NCBI GenBank assembly: GCA_029259545.1
Contig: JAPHEE010000003.1
Span: 10,049-74,048, forward strand
DNA length: 64,000 nucleotides
DNA from: Candidatus Alkanophaga volatiphilum
Lineage (GTDB): Archaea > Halobacteriota > Syntropharchaeia > Alkanophagales > B39-G2
Reading direction: 5' to 3'
Numbering within the stretch: position 1 is the stretch's first letter; the number at the start of each line of letters is the position of its first letter. Position numbers and translations under genes: made by a program. The notes under the pieces are model-generated. The model made no database searches, was not told the DNA's origin, and saw nothing but the letters and a program-made list of their open reading frames with translations. Of this stretch, positions 7,540-17,898 are shown in pieces.

Positions 7540-10038
7540 TTAACTGACCTCCTCTATGCGCACCCGTATTGCTGCGGCGGGGTCGTTCGTCGGTCCTATG
7601 TATCTCTCCTCCCCACCGACGAGTTCGCGCACGTGTAGCGATACTATGTGTGTGCCGCTGGACATCGGCACCCATGTGACGCTTATCCTCACGTCTTTCT
7701 CCTCTCCGTTTAAAATTTCATCCCTCCGTGCTAAGAGCATGCCGTCAACACGAAGTTTCACCCTGACCGTAACTGAGTGGTTCTTGTTGTTCTTAATGCC
7801 CAGCGCATATGCGTCAACATCGACTGGCTGTCCTATTGTCGGACTTTCGGGAGTGACGCTGAAGATATGCCTACCGCTCCACGTGACGTTACCGCTCATT
7901 TCGGAGCCAACGCCTTCGCCAACCACTATTATCTCAGTCGTTGAATCCGTCTTACCGAAATTGTCTTCAACCTCAAGCCTCACGGTGTACTCTCCAGGCT
8001 GGCTGTATGCGTGGCTTATCATAACCACGTTGCCCTCCACGTCCCAGCCGCCGTCCCCATCTAAGTCCCATCTGTAGACGGCTATGTAGCTGTTGGGGTC
8101 GTAGCTCGCAGAAGCGTCGAGCGTGACGGTCTCGTTCGTCTTCACTTCGGTCTTGTCGGCTTCGAGCACCGCCACCGGCGGCAAGTTCCTCAAGACTCTT
8201 ATCCCATGTGTTGCGCTCGTTTTCGCCCCGTCGTCGTCGGTGACGGTCAGCCTTACTGTGTAGTTACCGGCGCTGGCGTAAGCGTGGGACACGACGGCGC
8301 CGCTCGCGGTCGTTCCGTCGCCGAAGTCCCACTCGTAGGCGACAATGACGCCGTCGATGTCTGAAGCATCTGCTTCGAACTGCACCTCGACGCCCTCACT
8401 TGTGACCTCTGGTCCCGCTATGCTCACGCTCGGCGCCCTGTTATTCACCTTCACAGTAACGCTCGTGCTGTTCTTCGCCCCGTGGTTGTCGGTGACGGTC
8501 AGGGTCGCCGTGTAGGTGCCGTCGTCGGCGTAGGCGTGGGACACGACGGCGCCGCTTGCGGTCGTTCCGTCGCCGAAGTCCCACTCGTAGCTGATTATCG
8601 AGCCGTCGGGGTCGTAGCTCGCAGAAGCGTCGAACGTTATGTCCTCATAGGTGTAAGTTTCGTTCGGACGTGCGGTCGCAACGGCGACGGGCGGCGCCGT
8701 GACAGCGACGCTGAGCGAGGGCAGCGGGACTTCGTGCTCCTCACCGAAGACATCTTCGTAAGCGACTATGGAGTTCTCGGTATTCAGAACGACATCGCCC
8801 GAAACCAATGGCTTGACGTCGAAGGACACGCTCCAAGTCTCATTGACGGAAAGCTCGCCGACGCTCCATATTAGCTTGTTGCCCACGATCTGCGGCGTCT
8901 GCGTCGCATTGCCGGCGTACGTGACGGCATCTGCGAGCTTGAACGTGACGACGACGTCCTTGGCGGTGATGTTGGAAAGCTCGACCGCCAGCTCCTTGTA
9001 GATGTTAAGGAGATCATCACTGGTTGCCGGGAAGAAGGATTCGCCGCCCGTCGTTTCTGCGATCTGCGTCAGCTCGTCGTAGTTGACGCCGCCCCAGCCG
9101 ATGACGTAGATCGGGATCCCGTCAGCCGCCGCCCTTTGTGCTTGATCGAGCGGGCTGACGCCCATGTTCCACCAGCCGTCCGTCAGCAGGATTATGGCTT
9201 TGACGGCGTCATTCCGCCCGTAAGCTTCGAGGTGGTCGAGCGCCCTGTCGAGACCCTCCCCCATGGGCGTGCCGCCGCTCGCAGAAAGCCCGTTGATCGC
9301 ACTCTTGACGGCGTCCTTGTCCGTAGTCAGGCTCTGAACAACTTTACAATACGCAGAATAGCTCCAGCCATCGGAATGGAACTTCACGAGCGCCGCCCTG
9401 TCGTTGCTCTTTAAGAGATCGACGAACTCGCTAGCAGCATTCTTTGCCCCTTCTATTCTCACAGGCTGTAGCTCCACGCAGAACGTCCTATCGGGCTGCG
9501 TGTAGCCTGAGCGGTAGTAGTAGAGCCTTGCGTAGACCTCATAAGTCCCTGGTTGGAGGTTGCTCCAGCGAACAACCGAGTACGCCCCCTTGGTACTCGT
9601 CTTCGCCCCTGTATCTTTGTTCTTCAGGTAAGCGTAGTAGTAGTCGTAGTAATAGAAGTAGACGTCAGCGCCGTAGCCTCTACCCGGTAAGGTCTGAAGC
9701 ATGATCTCCACATCCGCAGGCGAGGAGATGGTGAACTCCCCGATCTTCTGGTAGCTCGTGGTGAGCGTCACGTCACGCACGTCGGTTATGATCGCCCCGT
9801 AGCGGTTCATCGAGCCTGAGCAGTCCATGACGAGGGCGACGTCGAGCGGGAACGATATCTCAGACGTCCCACTTCCGGTGAGCACGATCGTCACCCTCGT
9901 GGTCTCGCCGAGCTGGATGACGTCCGGGCTGACGCTCGCGTCCACACTCACGTGCACGCCGCCTTGCGCCGCCGTCGCCACGGTTGCCGCCACGAGCATT
10001 GCGAATGCAAAGATTGCTGACAGTTTTGCGCCTCTCAT
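7540..10038 (-). CDS. large secreted von Willebrand factor A domain protein with three PKD domains and a Tyr-rich segment
   Basis: signal peptide MRGAKLSAIFAFAMLVAATVATA; vWA MIDAS-like DVALVMDCSGSM and LLTDGWWN motifs; three repeats of YEWDFGDGTTASG / YRWDLDGDGGWD (PKD). Confidence 0.8.
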   Translation of the reverse strand: MRGAKLSAIFAFAMLVAATVATAAQGGVHVSVDASVSPDVIQLGETTRVTIVLTGSGTSEISFPLDVALVMDCSGSMNRYGAIITDVRDVTLTTSYQKIGEFTISSPADVEIMLQTLPGRGYGADVYFYYYDYYYAYLKNKDTGAKTSTKGAYSVVRWSNLQPGTYEVYARLYYYRSGYTQPDRTFCVELQPVRIEGAKNAASEFVDLLKSNDRAALVKFHSDGWSYSAYCKVVQSLTTDKDAVKSAINGLSASGGTPMGEGLDRALDHLEAYGRNDAVKAIILLTDGWWNMGVSPLDQAQRAAADGIPIYVIGWGGVNYDELTQIAETTGGESFFPATSDDLLNIYKELAVELSNITAKDVVVTFKLADAVTYAGNATQTPQIVGNKLIWSVGELSVNETWSVSFDVKPLVSGDVVLNTENSIVAYEDVFGEEHEVPLPSLSVAVTAPPVAVATARPNETYTYEDITFDASASYDPDGSIISYEWDFGDGTTASGAVVSHAYADDGTYTATLTVTDNHGAKNSTSVTVKVNNRAPSVSIAGPEVTSEGVEVQFEADASDIDGVIVAYEWDFGDGTTASGAVVSHAYASAGNYTVRLTVTDDDGAKTSATHGIRVLRNLPPVAVLEADKTEVKTNETVTLDASASYDPNSYIAVYRWDLDGDGGWDVEGNVVMISHAYSQPGEYTVRLEVEDNFGKTDSTTEIIVVGEGVGSEMSGNVTWSGRHIFSVTPESPTIGQPVDVDAYALGIKNNKNHSVTVRVKLRVDGMLLARRDEILNGEEKDVRISVTWVPMSSGTHIVSLHVRELVGGEERYIGPTNDPAAAIRVRIEEVS

Positions 10039-10049
10039 GGCTTCACCCC

Positions 10050-10325
10050 CTAACTGGTTATTTCGATCGTGGTGTTTTCGAGCACTTGCTGCACGAACTC
10101 CACTAAGTTTTCGATGTAGACGACGCTCGCCGCATCAAACGGGTCGGTACCCACTACGAACTCGACGAGGTCGGGCAACCCGTCACCGTCGGAGTCCACA
10201 TCCACGGCGTCGGGAATGCCATCGCCGTCGGCGTCCGGAAGCTCGCCGGCAAGCGAGACCGAAAGCAGCGAAAGCATGCAAAGAACCAGCACCACGATGA
10301 GAACCGCAGCAAAAATCTTCTTCAT
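10050..10325 (-). CDS. small secreted protein with tandem DxDxDG calcium-binding-type motifs
   Basis: signal peptide then DADGDGIPDAVDVDSDGDGLPD (thrombospondin type-3 / EF-hand-like Asp loops). Confidence 0.55.
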   Translation of the reverse strand: MKKIFAAVLIVVLVLCMLSLLSVSLAGELPDADGDGIPDAVDVDSDGDGLPDLVEFVVGTDPFDAASVVYIENLVEFVQQVLENTTIEITS

Positions 10326-10720
10326 AGCCCACCCTCCCTCTTTAAGAGGCGTTCAACAAGCCATACGTCATCGGCTATGCCGCACGTGCTGCTTTTGCCT
10401 CGTGCGCTCTTGTAAATTTTAAATGAGATGTCGAACTTCTGGTCATGCTCGACATCCGGCTCCGTGACGACCCCGTTGTCGTCATCAGGGAAGGAGACCG
10501 CTGCCGCCGCCGCAGTAGGAGCCGTGAGCGCGAGCAGCACTGCCGCCCCTGAAGCCTCGAAATTCGGACGCCTCCCAAGCTGCGCATCTTTGATGTCTGG
10601 AACTCCGTTGTGGTCGGCGTCCACGAATATGTGCGAGAGCGTTGCGTCGTTCGCGCTACCGCACATTACGAATATAAAGAATGCTACGAGCACTGCGACT
10701 GCCACGATTCTTACCCGCAT
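10322..10720 (-). CDS. small secreted protein with DADHNGVPD calcium-binding-like motif
   Basis: signal peptide MRVRIVAVAVLVAFFIFV, Asp-rich loop, Ala-rich linker. Confidence 0.45.
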   Translation of the reverse strand: MRVRIVAVAVLVAFFIFVMCGSANDATLSHIFVDADHNGVPDIKDAQLGRRPNFEASGAAVLLALTAPTAAAAAVSFPDDDNGVVTEPDVEHDQKFDISFKIYKSARGKSSTCGIADDVWLVERLLKREGGL

Positions 10721-10886
10721 AGAGCCTCAATCAGATGTTAAGAAAGTCGTTTTAAGTCCATTTCTGAAGGATAAAAATTTGTTGCCGTTGTTTTTGAAGT
10801 TGCGCAAGCGTGATTGCTTTCGGGATATCGAAAATTTGTTAAAAGTTACGATTAGACTTATATTGGAGTTTCTAAAATTTTCTCAC

Positions 10887-11678
10887 GTGAAGCGGCTTAC
10901 GGTGCTGACGGCGGTAGCAGGCTTGGCAATTGCCGCCCTCTTGATCATATGCATGTCGATGCTCGCACCGCCGCACGAAGACAAAGCTGAAGCGCTACTT
11001 GCATCGTCAAAAGATGCGGTAAAGAGCCTTCACACGTTAAGAGCCGAAGTTTATACACTGAAGGATGTCAAGGCGCCTGCCGCACACGAACGAGCTAAAT
11101 ATGTTTTCAGTATTGAGCTTGCAAGCGATTTGGGCACGAAAATCTCGTTTAATGGGTTTGAGTTCGAATATGAGGGGGAGAACGAAGAAAAGATGGAAAT
11201 GGTGGGTGGTGAGCTTGGAAAGACACTTGAAGGCGCTTGGCTTCTTGAAAAAGACACGTATTATTGGCTGTACACGCCTGCGGTCGCGGAACATGTCGTC
11301 GAGTACAGGACGGGGAGCGGGCTGCTGAAGTACGAATTCCTGCCCATATTCCACTTTGACATCGCTGAGCTTTTCAGTTTTGCCGAAAACCCCAGGTATT
11401 TAGGGACCGAGCGTCTAAGGGTTGGGAACGATACTATCGAGACGCACGTCGTCGGGTTCGACCTGCCGCCGTCGCTCATGCCGTGGCGGGCTGCTGCCAC
11501 CGTGAAAGTGTGGATTTCCGATGCCGACAAGCTCCCCCTTAGAGCCATCATCACCTCAAGATACGAGAACACGAACATCACGCTCGAATTCGGCTGCACA
11601 CACTACGAAAAAGACGTGGAACTGCCACCTGAACATTTTGAAGTCCCTGAGGATCTTCTCATAGTCAAGCGTTATTGA
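10887..11678 (+). CDS. membrane-anchored/secreted protein, possibly LolA-like (DUF4367-type) fold
   Basis: probable GTG start giving [26 protein letters not shown] anchor (ORF-track start 10428 overlaps the minus-strand gene); domain assignment tentative. Confidence 0.4.
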   Translation: MKRLTVLTAVAGLAIAALLIICMSMLAPPHEDKAEALLASSKDAVKSLHTLRAEVYTLKDVKAPAAHERAKYVFSIELASDLGTKISFNGFEFEYEGENEEKMEMVGGELGKTLEGAWLLEKDTYYWLYTPAVAEHVVEYRTGSGLLKYEFLPIFHFDIAELFSFAENPRYLGTERLRVGNDTIETHVVGFDLPPSLMPWRAAATVKVWISDADKLPLRAIITSRYENTNITLEFGCTHYEKDVELPPEHFEVPEDLLIVKRY

Positions 11679-12071
11679 ATTCTATTCAGCGTTTTCAAGC
11701 GTCTTGGGAGGTCCAGAATCTTGGCTGGGACGCCTATTGCGAGCTTCCAAGCAGGGACGTCCTTCGTGACGACGGCGCCGGCGGCGACAAAGGCGCCCTC
11801 TCCGATCTCCACGCCGGGAAGAACGACGGCGTTGGCGCCCACGGTTGCGCCACGCCTTATGCGGTCCTTTCAGAGGATACTCTTCTCTTATGGGGTACTT
11901 GTCGTTCGTCAGCACGACGTTCGGGCCTAAAAACACGAAGTCCTCGACGACGGTGTTCGTAGGAATGTAAACGTTGGATTGTATGCTCACGTTGTTGCCT
12001 ATTCGAGTTTTCACCCCGTTGAACCTGTACTCTTCCAGACCTATCTTCTTCTCAGCAACCTCCCTCAGCAC
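11672..12071 (-). pseudogene. hexapeptide-repeat (LbH) acetyltransferase/gamma-CA-like gene with a frameshift
   Basis: N-part MLREV...[22 protein letters not shown] in one frame; genuine continuation [43 protein letters not shown] in an adjacent frame (shift near 11850). Confidence 0.55.
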
Positions 12072-12319
12072 TCTCGCTGTGGCCGAGTATCACATTTTCG
12101 AGAATTACAGCGTTCTTTCCTATCTTAGTGTTCTATATTTTCACGGACTCGTGGATCATCTTCATAATGGTCACTGGGAGGACTTATGTAACCTTTATGG
12201 GTCGCTGAAAAGATGGGCGGAGCAGCATGACACTCACCACCAGCCTGCCGATTTTCTCCGAACGACACCCTTATAAGAGACAACACTGAAAAAAAAGGAG
12301 GGGACGCAGGGGAGGGACA

Positions 12320-14968
12320 ATGCTGAAGAAGGAATACGAGCACGGAAAGGTCGAGAGGAAGTGGTTGGAGCGTTGGGATGACTCCCTCTACTATTTCGAC
12401 AAGTCGTCGGAGGCGGAGCCTTATATCATAGATACGCCGCCTCCCTACCCGACGGGGGATTTTCACATCGGAAATGCCCTGAATTGGTGTTATATTGATT
12501 TCATAGCCCGCTACAAGAGGATGCGGGGCTACAATGTGATGTTTCCACAAGGCTGGGACTGCCACGGGCTGCCGACTGAGGTTAAAGTCGAGGAGCTGCA
12601 CGGCATCACGAAGAACCAAGTCTCACGGGCGGAGTTCCGCCGCCTTTGCCGAGAACTCACGCTCGAAAACATCAGGAAGATGAAAGAGACGATGCGACGG
12701 CTCGGCATGAGCATCGATTGGAGTCAAGAATACATCACGATGGAAGATTACTACAAGAAGTTCGTGCAGTATACGTTTGTCAAGCTGTTCAAGGAAGGGC
12801 TTATCTACAAGGCGGAACATCCTGTGAACTGGTGTCCTCGCTGCGAGACCGCAATCGCATCTGCGGAGGTCGAATACGAGGACAGGGAGACCTTTCTGAA
12901 TTACCTGAAGTTCAAGCTCGTCGATGGCGGCTACGTGGAGATAGCAACCACGCGTCCTGAGCTCCTGCCGAGCTGCGTCGCCGTCGCCGTCCACCCCGAT
13001 GACGAGCGGTACAAGGATCTAGTAGGCAAGGAGGTGGAAGTGCCGATCTTCTCACAAGTTGTCAAAGTTTTCGCCGACGAAAGCGTCGACCCGTCGTTCG
13101 GGACGGGCGTCGTGATGATATGTACGTTCGGCGACCGGCAGGACGTCCGCTGGTGGAAGGAGCACGGGCTCCCGCTACGCCGCTCCATAGATGAACAGGG
13201 CAGGATGACGGAGCTTGCTGGCAAATACAAAGGGCTAAGCGTTGAGGAAGCTCGCCGCCAAATCATAGAGGATCTAAGGGCGCAGGGCATACTCACGAAA
13301 CAAGAACGGCTTCAGCAGAGCGTCGGCGTCTGCTGGCGTTGCAAGACGCCTATCGAAATTCTCTCCACAAAGCAGTGGTTCTTGAAAATAGATGGCGATC
13401 GTGTCGTGGAGGCGGCTCGTCGTGTGAAATGGGTGCCTGAGCACTTCTTCCTGCGTCTGAAGAACTGGGCGGAGTCGTTAGAGTGGGACTGGTGCATCTC
13501 TCGACAGCGCATCTTCGCGACGCCGATCCCGATCTGGTATTGCAAGAGGTGCGGGCATGTCATAGTAGCGAGCTATGAGGAACTGCCCGTCGATCCTTTG
13601 GAGCGACCGCCGAGCGTGGAGCGCTGCGAGCGCTGCGGCGGCACCGAGTTCGAGGGCGAGAGCGACGTGCTCGACACTTGGATGGACTCCTCGCTGACGG
13701 CGCTCTGGGTTGCGGGCTGGCGTCCGTGGGGCGATACGAAGTTCGAGCCGACGGCGCTGAGACCGCAGGGGCATGACATCATAAGGACGTGGGCGTTCTA
13801 CACCATTCTGAGGACGCTACTCCTCACCGGCGAGATCCCCTGGGAGACGATCGTCATAAACGGGATGGTCCTCGGCGAGGACGGCTACAAGATGAGCAAG
13901 TCGAGGAACAACATCGTGGCGCCCGAAGAGGTCATTGAAAAATATGGAGCGGACGCCTTCAGGCAGTGGGCGGCGATCGGTGGCGCCGTCGGGAGCGACG
14001 TGCAGTTCCGCTGGAAGGACGTCGTCGCCGCCCGCCGCTTCCTGCAGAAGCTCTGGAGCATTTTGCGCTTTGCGATGCAGCACCTCGAAGACTTCACGCC
14101 CCCCGAAGACGACATCAGAACGCTGCGCACCGTGGACAAATGGCTGCTCGTGAAGCTCAGCAAGCTCGTAAAAGACGTCACCGAGAACATGGAAGCCTTC
14201 AAGTTCGACGAGGCGATGCGGCGGCTCAGAGCCTTTTGTTGGGGCGTCCTCGCCGACAACTACATCGAGCTCGTGAAAGCCCGGCTCTACGGGCGTTTCG
14301 GGGACGCCGCCCGTGACTCCGCAAGGACGGCGCTCTACATCACGCTGAAGACCGTCGCCGCCCTCCTCGCGCCGTTCACACCGTTTTTCGCAGAGGAGTT
14401 GTACTCAAGGGTTACTCGTGGTAACGAACTTCGGAGCGTCCATCTTGAAAAGTGGCCATCGCCGTTGCCTTATGATGAGGATGCAGAGCGCAAAGGTGAT
14501 GTTCTAAACGCGATCGCCGCCGCCGTCAGGAAATACAAATCGGAGCGAGGCATGCCGCTGAACGCCCCACTTGGAAAATTGGAGGTTTACAGTAACATCG
14601 ATGTTTCAGAGGAGGACGGATTGGACGACCTTTCGAGCGCCGCGGTTGCCGAAATCGAGTTTAGGAAGGACGTGACAGCGCTTAAAGCCGAAGTTGTGCC
14701 GGTGAAGGTGGCTCCAAAGTTAAGCGTCATCGGTCCGAGGTTTAGGGATAAAACTAAGGAAATAATCAAAACTTTGGAAGAAGCGGACCCGAAAGAGGTG
14801 GACAAGCAATTACAAGAGCGGGGAAGCTTCGTGCTTCGCTTGGGGGAGGAGCAGATCGAGCTTGACAGCGAGTGTCTCGAGGTGGAGCGGAGCTTCATGC
14901 TGAGGGGTAAGGCTGTGGACATTCTCGAGGTTGACGGCGCCGTCATAGTCGTAGAGCGGACAGGATAG
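12320..14968 (+). CDS. valS: valine--tRNA ligase
   Basis: 882 aa class I aaRS; [19 protein letters not shown] (HIGH-type), KMSKS present, WCPRCETAI editing-domain motif; length typical of archaeal ValRS. Confidence 0.75.
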   Translation: MLKKEYEHGKVERKWLERWDDSLYYFDKSSEAEPYIIDTPPPYPTGDFHIGNALNWCYIDFIARYKRMRGYNVMFPQGWDCHGLPTEVKVEELHGITKNQVSRAEFRRLCRELTLENIRKMKETMRRLGMSIDWSQEYITMEDYYKKFVQYTFVKLFKEGLIYKAEHPVNWCPRCETAIASAEVEYEDRETFLNYLKFKLVDGGYVEIATTRPELLPSCVAVAVHPDDERYKDLVGKEVEVPIFSQVVKVFADESVDPSFGTGVVMICTFGDRQDVRWWKEHGLPLRRSIDEQGRMTELAGKYKGLSVEEARRQIIEDLRAQGILTKQERLQQSVGVCWRCKTPIEILSTKQWFLKIDGDRVVEAARRVKWVPEHFFLRLKNWAESLEWDWCISRQRIFATPIPIWYCKRCGHVIVASYEELPVDPLERPPSVERCERCGGTEFEGESDVLDTWMDSSLTALWVAGWRPWGDTKFEPTALRPQGHDIIRTWAFYTILRTLLLTGEIPWETIVINGMVLGEDGYKMSKSRNNIVAPEEVIEKYGADAFRQWAAIGGAVGSDVQFRWKDVVAARRFLQKLWSILRFAMQHLEDFTPPEDDIRTLRTVDKWLLVKLSKLVKDVTENMEAFKFDEAMRRLRAFCWGVLADNYIELVKARLYGRFGDAARDSARTALYITLKTVAALLAPFTPFFAEELYSRVTRGNELRSVHLEKWPSPLPYDEDAERKGDVLNAIAAAVRKYKSERGMPLNAPLGKLEVYSNIDVSEEDGLDDLSSAAVAEIEFRKDVTALKAEVVPVKVAPKLSVIGPRFRDKTKEIIKTLEEADPKEVDKQLQERGSFVLRLGEEQIELDSECLEVERSFMLRGKAVDILEVDGAVIVVERTG

Positions 14969-15287
14969 ACGACAGATCTTCCGTCTCATTTTTCCGCAGA
15001 GCAGATCGCCCAGAATATACCGCCTCTATGAATATGTGCTCTTCGGGAATCCCTCTCGGATCGTATTCCATGAGGTACTCCCTCCGGCTGAAAGAGCTTC
15101 GGTAAAAACGTATTGCGCCGCCATGTCTGTTCATGAAGTAGAAGCTTACCTCAGTGAGGCATTGTCTCTTCAGCTTGTATTTCTTGCCGTTGATGCGGAC
15201 AATGCATTTTGGTAGTTTGAGCGTCGCACTCACGTTCTCGCCGTCAAGATGTACGACAGTTTTAGAGGGGCGTTCCTCCCAACGCAT
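14943..15287 (-). CDS. hypothetical protein
   Basis: ORF with start moved to internal MRWEERP to avoid overlap with the valS 3' end; no recognisable domain. Confidence 0.3.
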   Translation of the reverse strand: MRWEERPSKTVVHLDGENVSATLKLPKCIVRINGKKYKLKRQCLTEVSFYFMNRHGGAIRFYRSSFSRREYLMEYDPRGIPEEHIFIEAVYSGRSALRKNETEDLSSILSALRL

Positions 15288-15659
15288 TCGGTAAGATTCA
15301 CCAGAAGCCGTATATTTCGCATCACAGGGACGATGTCCGTCGAAACTCACTCCTCCGAGTATCTCCCCGCCCTGAGTCACCAGAATAAACGTTATCCACG
15401 GGCTCGAACCTTATTCCCCTCGGCAGGCTTCCTATCTCTCGTATTCTGCGTCTGAATAGCATACCCAATAAAGTGGGGGTCGTTAAATAAAAGTAACCCC
15501 ATTTTTGTGCTGAATAAAAATGCAATTTCAAGATAGGCTTCCTGCGACAATTGCGGCAGTTTTAAATAGGGCTTCAAATGACTACGAGATGTCCTCCCCT
15601 GACTCCATCCGTAATTTTTGGATCAGGATTTGGGCTGGGCAAGATGGGGTGAAGCGTAT

Positions 15660-16523
<864 letters not shown>

Positions 16524-16553
16524 TTCTTCCTCCTCTTTTATTTGGAAAGCTCG

Positions 16554-17896
16554 TCAAAGAAGGAATTTCAGAAGCACACTTGGCGACAGTGCTTTTCTTT
16601 TCGGCAGAACGTTTGTCACGACGCCGCAGAGTAACTCTGCCAGTCTTTCGTCCATGGACGCATTTTTTATTATCCTATCCAGCAATAAGGGGCGTCTTAC
16701 GAGCCTTCTGAGGAGTGACCTCCGCCCTCGCTTAGCAAGGGGCTTCCCGGAGAGGTTGGGGGTGGTTCAGACGATCGGGCGGGGTCACCGCAGCCCTGCC
16801 CGCAGGATATACCCACGGCTCGCTCCGACTCGCATCACTTCGGAAAATTAACTGCCTCCACCCCAATCATCCCCGCCCGCAGGACGAACCTTCTTAGCGA
16901 CTGAAGGTAAAGAGTGCCTGAAGTCTGCGGCGAATTGTTTTTTCCATGCCGTGTCGTATTCTTTCAGCGTCCTTAGACTCGTGTCCTCAAGCTTCAAAGC
17001 CTTCGCAGCGACATCAGTAGCAAGCTTCCCGCTTTCGAGCGCTGCCCTCGCCGGTAAGGGGGTTCACAAAGGACGCGGCGTCCCCTATGAAGAGAATTCC
17101 GTTCGTGGCGGCTGCCGCCCGTCGGGACGAGCCAGCCTCTCGCCTTGCCTGCTTTGCGTCCTTTAGCCTTGTGGCACCGGTAATAAACCTTTTAAAGTAC
17201 GCGTTCAGGTTTATCTTCCTGTGCGCCGGCATCACGCCCACACCCACATTCGCCATGTCGTCACCAATCGGGAATATCCAGCCGTAACCTGGCAGCAACT
17301 TTTGCTCATAATGAAACTCAACGAAATCAAAACTTTCAACGCCGGAAAAGTATGCACGGACCGCGACGCCTACGTTGGCTCGCCTTTTTCTCTCCTCTTT
17401 TAACAGGTACCTCGTGAGTGCTGAAAATGCGCCGTCAGCGGCGATCACTACTTCTGAATTTATTTCAGTGATGTTACCATCATGTTTGCCCCTGACGCCC
17501 ACGACGCTTTTATTTTTCAACAGAGGCTCTTTAACCAGAACTTCGAAGAATTCGGCGCCCGCATCAACGGCATGACTTCGTAAAATCTCGTCGAATTCCA
17601 TTCGTGGAGCTACATAGCCGTAGGGTCTGTCTTAGGACTTTTTGCGCTCATGCGGTAGCCGCTCGGCGAGAATATGGTTATGCCATCGGACTTTTTGAAA
17701 CCGCTTCGCTCAATGGTTCCAAGGAGCCGCATTTCCTCTAGCGTCTTCAGCGAGCGTGGAGAAATGGCGTCGCCGCACACTTTTTCCCGCGGAAAACTTC
17801 TTCTATCAACTAGTAGAACGTCATAGCCGGGTCTTGCGAGGAAGTGTGCGCAGGCGCCCGCGGTCCAGCGCCGACGATGGTGACGTCCTTTCGCAT
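16554..17896 (-). pseudogene. geranylgeranyl reductase family (FAD-dependent) gene with at least 3 frameshifts, interrupted by a MITE-like insertion
   Basis: MRKDVTIVGAGP then shift; ...PYGYVAPRMEFDEILRSHAVDAGAEF; ...FIGDAASFVNPLTGEG then shift to IALESGKLATD...; tail LVRRPLLLDRIIKN downstream of the inserted repeat; begins directly after the hmgA stop. Confidence 0.7.
16715..16912 (+). mobile_element. MITE-like repeat copy A (about 198 nt, ACCTCC...GGAGGT-type terminal inverted repeats) inserted in the GGR 3' region
   Basis: homologous to 42542-42780 (GTGACCTCC...CTTAGCGACTGRAGGTAAA ends, shared internal blocks GGGCTTCC, GGTTGGGG, CGCAGGATRTACCCACGG, AAATTAACTRCCTCCA, ATCATCCCCGCCC). Confidence 0.55.
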
Positions 17897-17898
17897 CG

